This document shows, one piece after another, positions 50,444 to 61,934 of a DNA stretch of 64,000 bases; position 1 is the first letter of the stretch, and each line of letters begins with the position of its first letter. A model generated the notes under the pieces. It was given only the letters and a program-made list of their open reading frames with translations, ran no database searches and was not told where the DNA came from. Made by a program: the position numbers and the translations under genes. Source of the DNA: Calcarisporiella thermophila CBS 279.70 (lineage: Eukaryota; Fungi; Calcarisporiellomycota); the NCBI RefSeq assembly GCF_041956535.1, contig NW_027192201.1:222060-286059 (forward strand). The letters are read 5' to 3'.

Positions 50444-53217
50444 ATGTCAAAACTTAAGCCCCCCTCCAAAATACCTCATAAATCCTTTAAGCTAATGTCC
50501 GATGATATCAAAGAAGACCTCGAGAATCGTCAAGCTTCTAGCATTAATATCCATGACAAAACTTCCGCATTAAAAAGGAAGGCTACCGCAGCTAACCCAT
50601 CAACGCGCTCAACATTAACCGAGCGAAAAACCAATGTAGTAGCAAAGTCTACTAATTCAACCACTACTCTGCGTCCAGTGACCACGAATGCACAAAAAAA
50701 TGCAGCTGCTGTAAAATCTTCCACTGGAAAGCTGCCTTCCAAGACAACTGCCAAGACAGCTACCTCCAGAACTACCACGGTTAAGGCAACACCAAAAACT
50801 CAAGATTCATCCATAGATGAAATAAAAGAGGAAGAAACTGAAGAGAAAATTTTGGAGCCTCCACGGAAAAAGAAAAGACCTGCATGGGATACCAAAGTGA
50901 GTAGAAATTGTAACAGCGCATTATGGAAAACATTCATTTACTCAGAAGTTGCTTTCTAGGGTCGCCTGGAGGATATGGAGGAGTTAACCGCATTCTTAAA
51001 ACAGCAAATAAAGCACTCCAATAGCTCAGTGGAAGGGATGACATCTAAAAGTAAGCCATTCATCCCAAGTTTTGATAAGCTATAGTATTGGTTTTAATTA
51101 TTATATTTCATTTTATTTCATTTATTTATTGTTTTCAGTTCAAGAGCTCGAGCATTTCCGCCTTAGCTTGGAAAATAAAGTCGTAGTAAAGGAACAGGAA
51201 AATCAAGATATTCTCCGGAAGCTTTCCACGCTAGAACTCGAGTTAGAAGTATGTACATAACTATTATTGCACTTGTGGTGTTTGAAACTAATTATAAAAT
51301 AGTCAGCAGAGCTGAAATATCGTTCGCTCCAACGCGAAAATGAGGGCCTGACAAGTGATCTTAAATATACAAGGGATGAATTGGCACAGCAGAAGCAAGA
51401 GAATGCTCAACTCAGGGTACAATTATGAAATTGCATAAACATTTCCTTAGTTGAAACATTTTAAAACATTTTCGCTTGCTTCTAGGGCACCATTTCGGCG
51501 CAGTCGGCGAGTTCGCTTGCTCTAGAAAGTGATAATCGGGTCCTAAAGCTAAAGATCGAGGTATGGTTGGTCACCTTTTTCTAAAACATAGGATACTCAC
51601 ATTATATTAATAATAAATAAAATTTAGAGAACTGAAGAAACTCTCAGAGAAAAGGAAGTTGATATTGAGGAGTTGAAACAGAAACTTGCTGCTTCCCAAG
51701 AACTTGTCGCCAGTTTAGAAGCCAAAATGCGTGAGGAGGAAACCATACGCCGTAAACTGCATAACACAATTCAGGTAGAGTGAAAATAAACTTATTCACT
51801 TACTTTAATTTACTTATATTTACTTTCTGTACATCAGGAATTGAAGGGAAATATTCGTGTCTTTTGTCGTGTGCGGCCACCTGCAGGTAATAATTTAATA
51901 GTGTACATCGCATCTGGGATAGATTCTGATAATTCGTCAAATGACATTTAGAAACTGAGAAAGAGAAGGAGGGAAATTTGGCTATGATATCGTTCCCGGA
52001 TCAAGATGGTCGTGAAATCGAGTTAGCACAGCAATCGGAATCTGCTTCGGGTTCCTCAATCTCCAAACAGTATCCATTTTCTTTTGATAAAGTAAGAGAG
52101 CTCTATTTTACAAAGAGCTGGAAAATGACTGAGAATTGTTTTTCTAGGTTTTTCAACCGTCTGCTACTCAAACAGATGTTTTCGAAGATATCGCTCAGTT
52201 GGTTCAATCGGCACTTGATGGATATAACGTATGCATATTTGCTTACGGCCAGACCGGATCCGGAAAAGTTAGTAGTATTTTTGGAAATATCATTTGTACA
52301 GGGGTCACATATTGTTTCTATTTTATTGTTTACAATTAGACATACACTATGGAGGGTCCTCAAGTGATCAGTCCAGATACAGTAGGTGTGATTCCACGAG
52401 CCGTGTATCAAATTTTTTCGACCGCGGAAAAATTAAGGGAGAAAGGCTGGCTCTATACAATGGAAGGATCTTTTCTGGAGATCTACAATGAGACTATTCA
52501 CGATCTCCTCGGAAATGGAGATATGACCAAAAAGCATGAAATCAAACATGAGAAGAACGGCAGAACTATTGTAACCGATCTTACTACGGGTGAGTTGGAA
52601 ATAGCACGTCTTATTAGTGTGGGTTGAACAATAATCCCGTGATTCTTAGTTGTACTTGATTCCCCGGCAAAAGTCGACTCATTGTTGAAAAAGGCTTCGC
52701 AAAACCGCGCGGTTGCTGCCACAAACTGTAACGAACGCTCATCGCGTAGCCACAGCGTGTTTATTCTACGGCTAAGCGGTCGCAATACTATTACAGATGA
52801 GACATGCGAAGGAGTGCTAAATCTGATCGACTTGGCTGGCTCTGAACGCCTTTCGCAGTCTGGGTCGACGGGAGATCGACTCAAAGAAACTCAAGCGATC
52901 AATAAGAGTCTTAGCTGTCTCGGTGATGTTATTTATTCTCTTGGAAATAAGGATTCACATATCCCTTACAGAAATTCCAAGGTACAGTTGAATATTATTA
53001 ACTCTACGACGTATACATATTTTTAACCTTGCTTTGGTTATCTATCTAGCTTACCTATCTTCTCCAAAACTCATTGGGAGGTAATAGCAAAACGCTCATG
53101 TTTGTGAATATTTCACCGCTGGCTGCGCATCTCAACGAGACGCTTTGTTCTCTGCGATTTGCTACCAAGGTAAACTCTTGCCAAATCGGCACCGCCAGAC
53201 GCGTTGTTAGCAAGTGA
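50444..53217 (+). CDS. KAR3: Kinesin-14, C-terminal motor (Kar3/KlpA)
   Basis: RPAWDTKGRL, coiled coil, [64 protein letters not shown] and [13 protein letters not shown]. Confidence 0.96.
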
Positions 53218-53470
53218 TGAGAGCTTATGATCTTCATTCAGGATACAACATTATTTTTTATTACTATTGCTCCATTGATTAAATAGTTTATTCTTTTTTC
53301 CTTCTTTCTTCTGGAATATATTGCTGTACTTTCAAATCTTTATATTTCTTCTGTTTTGTTTCGTCTTTATCTGTTTGTGTTGTGGTTAATATTAATAACT
53401 TATAAGATTAAGCCAACCATGTATTCTATAGTGATGGAAGCAACAAAATCGCTATGGTGCAGCGCAATCT

Positions 53471-55247
53471 CTATTTCTTACTCAATACTTTTTTAAACGC
53501 AGCCAGCGCACGTTCACGCGCCATCTTGTGATCTACAATTGGAGGAGGATAGCCAAGCTTATCAAATTCTTGCTTAGGCAAACGATGATAAGGGTCATGG
53601 ATGACAGGCGATTTGAGATGAGCGAGTTCTGGGATATATTTCCGTATGATATCGCCATTGGGATCGATTTTCTCGCTCTGAAGAAGGGGATTGAAGATAC
53701 GAAAGTAGGGCTATCATTTTTTTTAAAAAAAATCGTTATCATAAAAGGAATTGAAAATTCCCATTCATGTGCTTACTGCAGCATCGGTTCCTGTTGAAGC
53801 GCACCATTGCCACCCGCCATTGTTTTGAGCCAAATCTCCGTCAATGAGATGTTGCATAAAGAATTTTTCGCCCTTCAAATTATGGAAATGATCAAACTTT
53901 ACTCCTTGAGAATTACTAATCAAGTATGAAACTTACGAGTTGCCAATTTAGCAGCAGATCTTTTGTCAAGAACATGGCGGTGCACATTCGTAAACGGTTG
54001 TCCATCCACCCAGTCGATTTCAACTGTCGCATTCCTGCGTCGACAATTGGATAGCCAGTACGCCCTTCACTCCATGCTTTAAAATTCTCCCCATTCACAT
54101 CGAGCTCCCAAGAAAGACTTGCCGCTTCTGGCTTAAAAGGGCGATTCATGGACACCTGTGGGAAATGAACAAGTACATGTCGATAGAATTCGCGCCAGAT
54201 AAGTTCAGAAATCCACGACACAATTCCATTCTGACCGGTGCTTAATTTTCTCCCGTTGACTTCCCATGCAGCGCGTACACATTGGCGTATGGAGATGACA
54301 CCAGAGGCTAGATATGGCGAAAGAACAGAAGTACCTTCTTTTGCTGGAACATTGCGGCGTTCATTATAATTCTGAACTTTGGTTTCGAGGAATGTGTGTA
54401 AACGCTTTAGTGCTGCATTCTCTCCTGCTGGGTATCTCTTGCGAGCCAGAGCCGCATATCCGCCATCAAGCTCGAAACCTTTGATACTTTTCGGTATTTC
54501 GGATTCGAATAGATCTATAAACTGAGATTGCTGACGGATTTCGAAGGCATTTGGCAAAGGGCTCTCAGCTAAAATAAGAAGGCTCGGCGCTTTTGTTTTG
54601 GGACAGATATTTGATTCAATATGCGCACACCATGTCTTTTTAAAAGGTGTATACACTTTGAAAGGCTGATCCGTCTTTGTGAGAAGTGCCCTCGGAAATA
54701 CTATGCACTGGTCATGGAAGCAACTGACTTTCCTTCCATCTGCTTCCAGGAGTTGGGTGACAGTTGCATCCCTTCTCAATTCGTCTACCTCATATTCTGC
54801 ATTATAAAAGAGTTGATATACTTTCCTTGCTCTACAAAACTCAAGCAGTGTCTCGGGTATATTCTTTCGTCGATTGACTGTGAGGATTACAAGTGGTATG
54901 TTCAAAACTGCAAGCTTTTCACGTAATTTGTTGAGACAACGCAAACGGAAATCAATTTTTATCGCAGCGTCATCGTGAATAAAATAATCTTGCGGAGATA
55001 TTACAAAGAGCGCTATTGTATAATACTCATGCCTTTTGGCGAGTTGCGTTGCGGCCAAAAGTGCAGGATTATCAGATGAGCGAAGGTCGTTCTTAAACCA
55101 CATAAGCACAGTAGAGGGTTTTTTCTTGTGGATATCTTCTTGGCTAGTCGCAATATTTTCGTCTACGCGCTTTCGCTTTGTTACGCCTGCCATGGGCTGC
55201 GATATCATACTCTTGATGTTGGGAAGATCTATACTTTCGGCTGGCAT
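53471..55247 (-). CDS. PHR1: Class I CPD DNA photolyase
   Basis: [83 protein letters not shown] and PYFRIFNP; two introns. Confidence 0.95.
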
Positions 55248-55455
55248 TGTTTTTGAAGTATAATTACACGAAAGGAGTGTGGACAATGAATAAAACGAAA
55301 AATGAATTTTCGCAATGAAAAAAAAAGAGGAATATATTATTCAAACAAAAGGCTAGGGAAATATATATTCGAAAAGAGTGTCTTCGATAATCGAAGATCG
55401 ATGTTGAGACTGCCTGTGACTGCATATGACAATATAATTTTAAGTCTTCGATTAG

Positions 55456-55494
55456 GAAAGTTGATAATTGCGCTTAATGCAATTATCAACTTTC
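55456..55494. promoter_or_regulatory. Perfect 16-bp inverted repeat with a TGATAA in each arm, in the photolyase/DUF89 divergent promoter
   Basis: GAAAGTTGATAATTGC-gcttaat-GCAATTATCAACTTTC. The repeat is directly visible; a regulatory role is inferred. Confidence 0.5.
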
Positions 55495-55986
55495 AGATAT
55501 GATATAGAGGATTATATCTGAGAGTTGATAGGAATAGCCATATTCTCAAGGGTATATTCTCGCGGCTATACTCCAATAGTGTTTTGAGCATAATATTAAT
55601 TTGGTTGTGCAAATAGACGTGCCAAGTTCGCCATCCAGCTCACAAATATATATTATTTTGCCTTTTAACAACACACACCGACATATTAGCACCCATAAAT
55701 TCCATTTATTTTTCCGAAAATTACGACCTAGGATCCAATTGATGCCTAGACATACTCGTAAAAAGGTCATACGCTATTAATCAAGAGTTCCATTTCAATT
55801 TTTAAGTTCTTAGCAATGAAAATAATCCTATACCTGTTCTAAACCAAATTAGCCAACCTTTGATATCATTTTGGTATCACTTCTAGGTTTTATAAGTCAG
55901 ATGTGGCTGTTTCGAGAGAACGGGACCCTGAGATATTTTTCCAGTCCCATATCCTTCATTCACCTCAACGAATTTTAAATTAAAAG

Positions 55987-57469
55987 ATGACATCCTCAAG
56001 TGTGACCCCAGCAAATCCTCCATATCCTGCTCTTAAAGGGAGCAATCGCCAGCTGTTCGCATTTGCCACTATTAGCAAACGCCTACCTATTATTCTTACA
56101 AAAACTATTGATGATGTTTATCAAGCCTATCACAAACTTCCCCCCGAGGAATCCGAGAAACAAGCCGAAGCGAAACAGATAATAGAAAAGATAAGCCGCC
56201 TCAAATATGAATTGCAACATGATAAACCATTGATGTAAGTTGTTACAGCGATGCTATGTATCGGAAGAATTTTTAGAGTTACTTACCCTCTTATCTTGGG
56301 CAGTCCCATTGAAGATGACGGTGAGCCTGACGTACAAATATGGAACGATTCTCTGAAAAAGTATTTTGATGGTGTTGGATGGTATGATTCTCCCTGGCTC
56401 TTCTGCGAATGTTACATGTATCGCCGTATTCGCGAGACTTTTTCCCAAAGCAAGCATTGGAAAAACTACGACCCTTATTTCAAACAAAAAATTGATGCTT
56501 TCCGTGGCTCATTATTACCAGTCCAAGAGCTTGCCAAACGTTTTGCTGAGCCGCCGCATATTGATAACAAAGAAGAGGAATGGGTGCTGTTTCATGAACT
56601 TGTACAAGTGTGTCTATGGGGAAATGCCACGGATTTGAGTTTATTGGCGAATATGTCTGCAGAAGAGATAAAGAAGTTGCAATCGAGCGGTGGGAGAGCA
56701 CAGCTTGCAGAGAAGGAAAAGAATATATTGTGCAACCATATTGATCGACTATGGAAGCACCTGCAAACACTTAAGGGAGGGCGGGTTGACTTCATTCTCG
56801 ATAATGCAGGTAAAAGCGCCAATATTTCTGCTTGTCTAAACCGAATATCCTCTAACAGTAACTCCTAATGCGAACTCGGTAGGTTTTGAACTTTTCGTTG
56901 ATCTGATCTTTGCGGACTGGCTTATTCAAGCGGGATATGCTTCCAAAATCCAATTCCATTGCAAGGCCATACCCTGGTTCGTTTCGGATGTGATGCCAGT
57001 CGATTTTCAATGGATGATTGATAATATAGCCAAATTTTTTGGACCGGAAGACCAGAATCTTATTACTCTCGGTCAGCGCTGGAAGTCTTATATAGATCAA
57101 GGCTTATGGTATGTGCGCACAGATAGATTCTGGACTCTAGGCTTCGCATTTTGGGAATTGGTCAACCAGCCTGCTCTCTGGGAAGATCTTAAACAGTCCC
57201 AGCTGTTAATATTTAAAGGTGACCTAAACTTCCGTAAACTTACTTACGACTGCCAGTGGCCTACTACGACACCATTCGAGGAAGCAATTGGCCCCTTAAC
57301 ACAAGGTCCACCTGTTGTTGTGTTGCGCACCAACAAAGCTGATGTTTGTGTAGGGTTGCCGGATGGGAAGGAGAAAGAGGTTGAGGAAAAAGATAAAGAC
57401 TGGAGATACAGTGGAAAATATGCAGTAATTTGTTTTAGCAATGGGAACTCGAGCTCCCAAAGTATTTAG
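55987..57469 (+). CDS. DUF89/ARMT1-like damage-control sugar phosphate phosphatase (YMR027W-like)
   Basis: RLPIILT, PWLFCECYMYRRI, LWGNATDLSL, LDNAGFELFVDL, KAIPWFVSD, FKGDLNFRKL, LRTNKAD and SGKYAVI. Confidence 0.93.
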
Positions 57470-57614
57470 ACCACTTGTATACACATTATAGAGCAATAGA
57501 TTTATTTTTAAGATCTTCGAGTATGATAAGAGATGCCATGGTGCAAAATGTTCAGATATGTAAATGTTCTTGTCACAAAAAGTAAAAATTATGAGATTAT
57601 GAAAGGGTATGGAC

Positions 57615-58403
57615 TCAACTAAGAGCGACTATAACTCCTACAATAGTTCCTAGTAATATTACACCCAGCTCTCTCTGAATTTCCCTTGCACCACTTTCCC
57701 AAGGTTCTCTATGCTTTGAGCGATCTTTGAACATATCATCGGGTGCAGGGGCGGCAGGTTGAACTCTAAATAAACATCTCCCCAATTCTCCTGACTGATC
57801 AGCTTCCTTCACGACTGTGAGGCCGAAAGCCTCCCCTCCCTCGAATAATGCCTTAGTTTCCGCGTTTTCCTGGCACGTGGATCGAAGGCGAAGGGACAGC
57901 TTGCAAGGGCCGTTAAATTGTTTGTCTTTGGAATGCTTGTTAGTTTCATTTGGAGGAGGAGCTGTACATGGAACGATAATGGTCAGATTGCGCGCTTGAG
58001 TACGTACAGGAAGAGCGGGGTATCCCCAAATCTCAGATTCGTCTTCTTCAAGGTGAATAATAGGTTTTTGCGGAAAGGATCGATCTGGTGTTATCGCTGT
58101 TGCTGCCGCTGTTGATGCTGTTGACGTAGGTGTAGGTTGCGATAATGACGGTGGAGATGGGGCCGTTGTTGAAGTCAAGATAGGAACAATTTTAACTGTG
58201 GAAGAGGGTGTAGAAGAGGAGGTAGAGGTGGCAGTACTCTTTGGCGACATAGTTGTTTTAGATTTGTCATTTTCCTCTTCCTTATCTTTGTCTTTATCCT
58301 TCTCTTCTTCGTCGCGTTTGTGTATTGACGATGCAATAGAGGTATGAATGAGTACGAAGAGAAAAATAAATATGGTGATAGAATATATAAGAGAACGAAC
58401 CAT
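57615..58403 (-). CDS. Secreted, probably GPI- or tail-anchored S/T/P-rich protein
   Basis: Signal peptide, KR site, S/T-rich stalk, four Cys and a hydrophobic C-terminus after a small-residue SGA site. Confidence 0.7.
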   Translation of the reverse strand: MVRSLIYSITIFIFLFVLIHTSIASSIHKRDEEEKDKDKDKEEENDKSKTTMSPKSTATSTSSSTPSSTVKIVPILTSTTAPSPPSLSQPTPTSTASTAAATAITPDRSFPQKPIIHLEEDESEIWGYPALPVRTQARNLTIIVPCTAPPPNETNKHSKDKQFNGPCKLSLRLRSTCQENAETKALFEGGEAFGLTVVKEADQSGELGRCLFRVQPAAPAPDDMFKDRSKHREPWESGAREIQRELGVILLGTIVGVIVALS

Positions 58404-60695
58404 CCTTTTGTATAAGTAAGGAGAAGTTTTTTCTCTCGATAATTAAAAAGAATAAAAACGTAAAGAGCAGGTGGAGAATTTCATAAAAATCGATTTGCAG
58501 CAAATATGTTGTGAAATTATGGACATTCGGTCAATTTCTAAAGCTTTTCATATTATTAGCTACGGGGAAACATTGAAACGCGAGAATTCCAAATATGTAG
58601 GACCAGGAATATTTAGATCTTAATTATTTTTATATCTTCTGACAATATGAGGTAAAAAACTGAATATTTCTGTATGATCTGAAAAAGTTTGAATGTCAGT
58701 TTTTAACCACTTTATCAAGCTCAATCTGAGAATATCAGAGCCATTTAAGAAATGTGTGAAGGCTATATTTCCACCTCTACCTCACTTAAGATAACACAAA
58801 TCTCAAAAAGAGACTCTCAGAATTATGAAAAATGGTTAGCCAATTTTTATTTTTACTTAATGCATCAGGATGCGAAACGACTATGGAAAATAAATCCAAG
58901 TTAAACCATGATACTTATACTCCTATTATGACATCAAAAGCAATCACTCGGGAGCTGGGGTGTGTTGGACGCGGTAGTCCAATAACTTTGTGGAGTATCA
59001 GATGGTCGAAGAAGCGTCCCAAAGAAGGGCAGGTCATATTACCCCCGCTAGTGTTCCCACACCTTCGGTTGGGACTAAGATGATTGAGTGTATTGGGTTA
59101 AAAGTCCGGGCAGATCCGCTTGAAGTCTACTGTGCCATCTTGAATATGCTGGTAGTGGCAAGTGAAGGTTCTGGTCACTAAGCCATAGAAAATATAGTTC
59201 AGATCATAGCCATCACCTGGAGAAGATGGGGGTGGAATTAACTCTTGCCAAATAGAGCAACTACAGGATTCAAGGTCGTAAAGCATTCCATATTGCTGCG
59301 CCACATGGCTACACTCGTACATCAAAATCGTAAGGAGACATGTATTAAAAGAGATAATCGAAACTACACCTAGAAACGATAACAGGTGATCCAGAAGGAA
59401 GAATTTGCAGAATAGGCTCAAATGTTTCGTTTGGTTTGGTGCCGTCATCTATGTGATCATATAGATACTTTCTTGATGAGATATAGATTTTCGGTAATGA
59501 GTGTCACTGAACGGCCCTTTAGACTAAATCCAACTCATATTCTGTATGTGGCGTTCAGTATCTGCTTTTGTTGTCATGACGCATCTTACTCTTTACTTAC
59601 CGTAGCGGTGATTCAAGAACACAGGAGATATCTAGTTGCGTAGGCCAACCCTGACTTGATCCCTTTAATAGACGAACTCATTCTACTTAGCCATCACCTG
59701 ATGTATGAATGGTCCCACTCAAGTCCTAGCCTAATTGTGTCGCTACCCTTATAAACCGACTTAGTACATGACGGTGCTATCTGTTTCGAGCCTTTGGATT
59801 ACTTACCTTCATTACGCTAATGATCCCGTACCTCCAAGTCTCTGATGAATTACACGTAAAACTCGGATGATGAGGAGACTCTGATCCCATAATGTTAGAA
59901 CCATCCTCTGTTATGCTTGATAATACCCAAAGAAAAATTACAGAAAATCCCCACAAAAGAGGCGTCAACCGGTTCCTCTTGATAAGAAGGATGTCCAAAT
60001 ACTCTTCAAAAATATAAAACCATTGAAATAGACAAAAATCAGAAAGAGACCAAGAATCGCCACGACCTCGGTGCATGATAGGGAGCATAGGGTTTCACCA
60101 CTTAACGCAGAGTTTCGGTTAACTTGGTTGGGGCAATACGTCCTGGTGAGAGGTGCCTTCCTCTCTATATAGCGTCGATACCGGGGTTTTCGTGCGTGTC
60201 TATTCTGTGGCGGCTAGCATCACAAGTCTACGGTAAAATTGACTCTAACTCAGCCCTCACTTTTGCCATTCTCCTCCATAGCCAGTCCGAAGGAGCAACG
60301 CGACTTACATGGTCCTCCCACTATCGCTCGCATTTGTTGGGACTTGGCGCAACGCCTAGTGGTGCTCTCTGGTCTAATTCGTCGTCGCTAGATGCTTTAT
60401 CAAGTGAATGAGGGCCTTAGTTCTCCGAGCCTCAGATTAACTGCATACAGCTCGGATGGCGAAGAGATCCTGACAACCCAAGGTCAAGACACGTCAGTGT
60501 GGAACACAACCGTTCCCGTGACATTCGGAGCTGTTTTAGCGGAGTCACCATCGCCATCATCGTTCATTCCGCAAAAATTGCAAAAAATTCCCCACAAAAA
60601 TGGTATCAATCGGTTCCTCTCGACGAGGGGAGCGTCCTTATTCCCTTCCAAAGGAGAAAAACATCAAAAAATAATGAGAAAAACGCAAAAAACTA

Positions 60696-60767
60696 CTCCG
60701 AATCGGGGAATCGAACCCCGGCCGTCCCGGTGAAAGCGGGAAATCCTAGCCACTGGACCAATTCGGA
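60696..60767 (-). tRNA. tRNA-Glu(UUC), intronless
   Basis: Reverse complement TCCGAAT-TGGTCCAGTGGCTAGGATT-TCCCG-CTTTCAC-CGGGA-CGGC-CGGGG-TTCGATT-CCCCG-ATTCGGA-G folds as a 72-nt cloverleaf and is followed by a T6 terminator. Confidence 0.96.
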
Positions 60768-60827
60768 AACTATGTGAAATGTTACGAGAAAATTGGTTTT
60801 TGTAGGGGAAGTCACAGAGGCAGTCAC

Positions 60828-61133
60828 ATAGGCATTCAGGAAGCCCTACCTTATCCCCTTCCTATCCTCTGTTTCCATTTGTTTACTCCCCACCCCACCT
60901 CTCATGTTATCCTTTGATATCCACAGTTAGTTGAGTTTCACCATTCACTTACCTATTTGAGCTGAAAGTCGATATGACCAACATATCATTTCGATCTACG
61001 ATATCACACAAAGCTTTAACTTTGGCTTCCCTTTCACTTTATTGCTTATAATAATGTAACAATTGTATTTTAGAGTCTTCCTATACAATAAAGACTCGGC
61101 ATTGATCAAAAAAAAAATAGGCATTCAGGAAGC
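60828..61133 (+). mobile_element. Poly(A)-tailed retroposed insertion (probable 5'-truncated LINE 3' end) with a 17-bp TSD
   Basis: ATAGGCATTCAGGAAGC at 60828-60844 and 61117-61133; AATAAA at 61087; A10 at 61108-61117. Confidence 0.8.
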
Positions 61134-61570
61134 GCGATATCTTTAAAGTGGAGCAGCCAATAGAATTGATTACCGCTACGTTGCCGACCCCTCGTGGTTA
61201 CTCGCCGCCCTCGTGGTTACTTTGTTGATGTTGATTGCTACTTTGTTGGTTTATCTTTGTTCATCCTTGAACACCAGTTGAGCTATTTTCTTTATCTCTT
61301 AATTCTATTTAAACCCTTCTATTTTGTTTTACTGTTCCTCACCAATCTCTTATTGTTATTATTAAGGTGAGGAAAAGCTATTATTTCATTATATTGTTAT
61401 TATTATTATTATTATTGTTAGTCTTATTATTAGTCTTTTGTTAAAACACCAATCTCTTATTTTTATTATTAAGGAATCCGCACAGCTCTCCACGAAATCT
61501 CCCTTTGCCTGTAACAGAAAAGGTAGGTTAATATCAATATTTGAAACACGCAAGTAAGTTGACAGCTGAG

Positions 61571-61934
61571 GTTTGCGCGCCTAAGGGGAGGGTTAGTGTA
61601 GTGGATTATCCCTGGTATGCCGATGAGAACGGCGTGGGTTCGAATCCCACTTCCCCTACCAGCACTTACATTTAGTTTGTGGCTGCTGTCCGCTTGATCA
61701 GAAACTGAGTCTTCATTATTGAAAAAGATTGCTCTTACGATAAGTACAAAGATTACATCAGTTTCACGTACATGCTATTCACGACAACTACGATACACGC
61801 ATATCGATTTCACGCCTATCGATCAAGGACCTATATCTCGTTATGCTAAGTCCATTGACATTAACTTCATGTAATACATGGAAATTAAATAAAAAATTTC
61901 CATTGATTGATAAAAAAAAACGTTTGCGCGCCTA
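61571..61934 (+). mobile_element. Full-length tRNA-derived SINE (~337 bp) with a 13-bp TSD
   Basis: TSD GTTTGCGCGCCTA at 61571 and 61922; A-box TAGTGTAGTGG; B-box GGTTCGAATCC; no TTTT in the body; AATAAA and an A9 tail. Confidence 0.82.

Noticed and set aside
19821-53217. Mating or sex-locus cluster (Ash1-like, RNA helicase, Pat1-like, Ecl1, carotenoid oxygenase, KAR3)
   Set aside because: No HMG-box sex gene or triose-phosphate transporter is present, the helicase is Mtr4, and the genes are interspersed with unrelated housekeeping genes.
58800-59900. Possible reverse-transcriptase relic (YDHIDD-like peptide on the minus strand)
   Set aside because: No other RT, endonuclease or integrase motifs are in register; unsupported without a search.
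61584-61661. Functional tRNA (Ser/Leu/Sec-like) or tmRNA-like gene with encoded CCA
   Set aside because: No pairable anticodon stem, no UCA anticodon, and wrong spacing before the D arm. The TSD and poly(A) tail indicate a SINE head.
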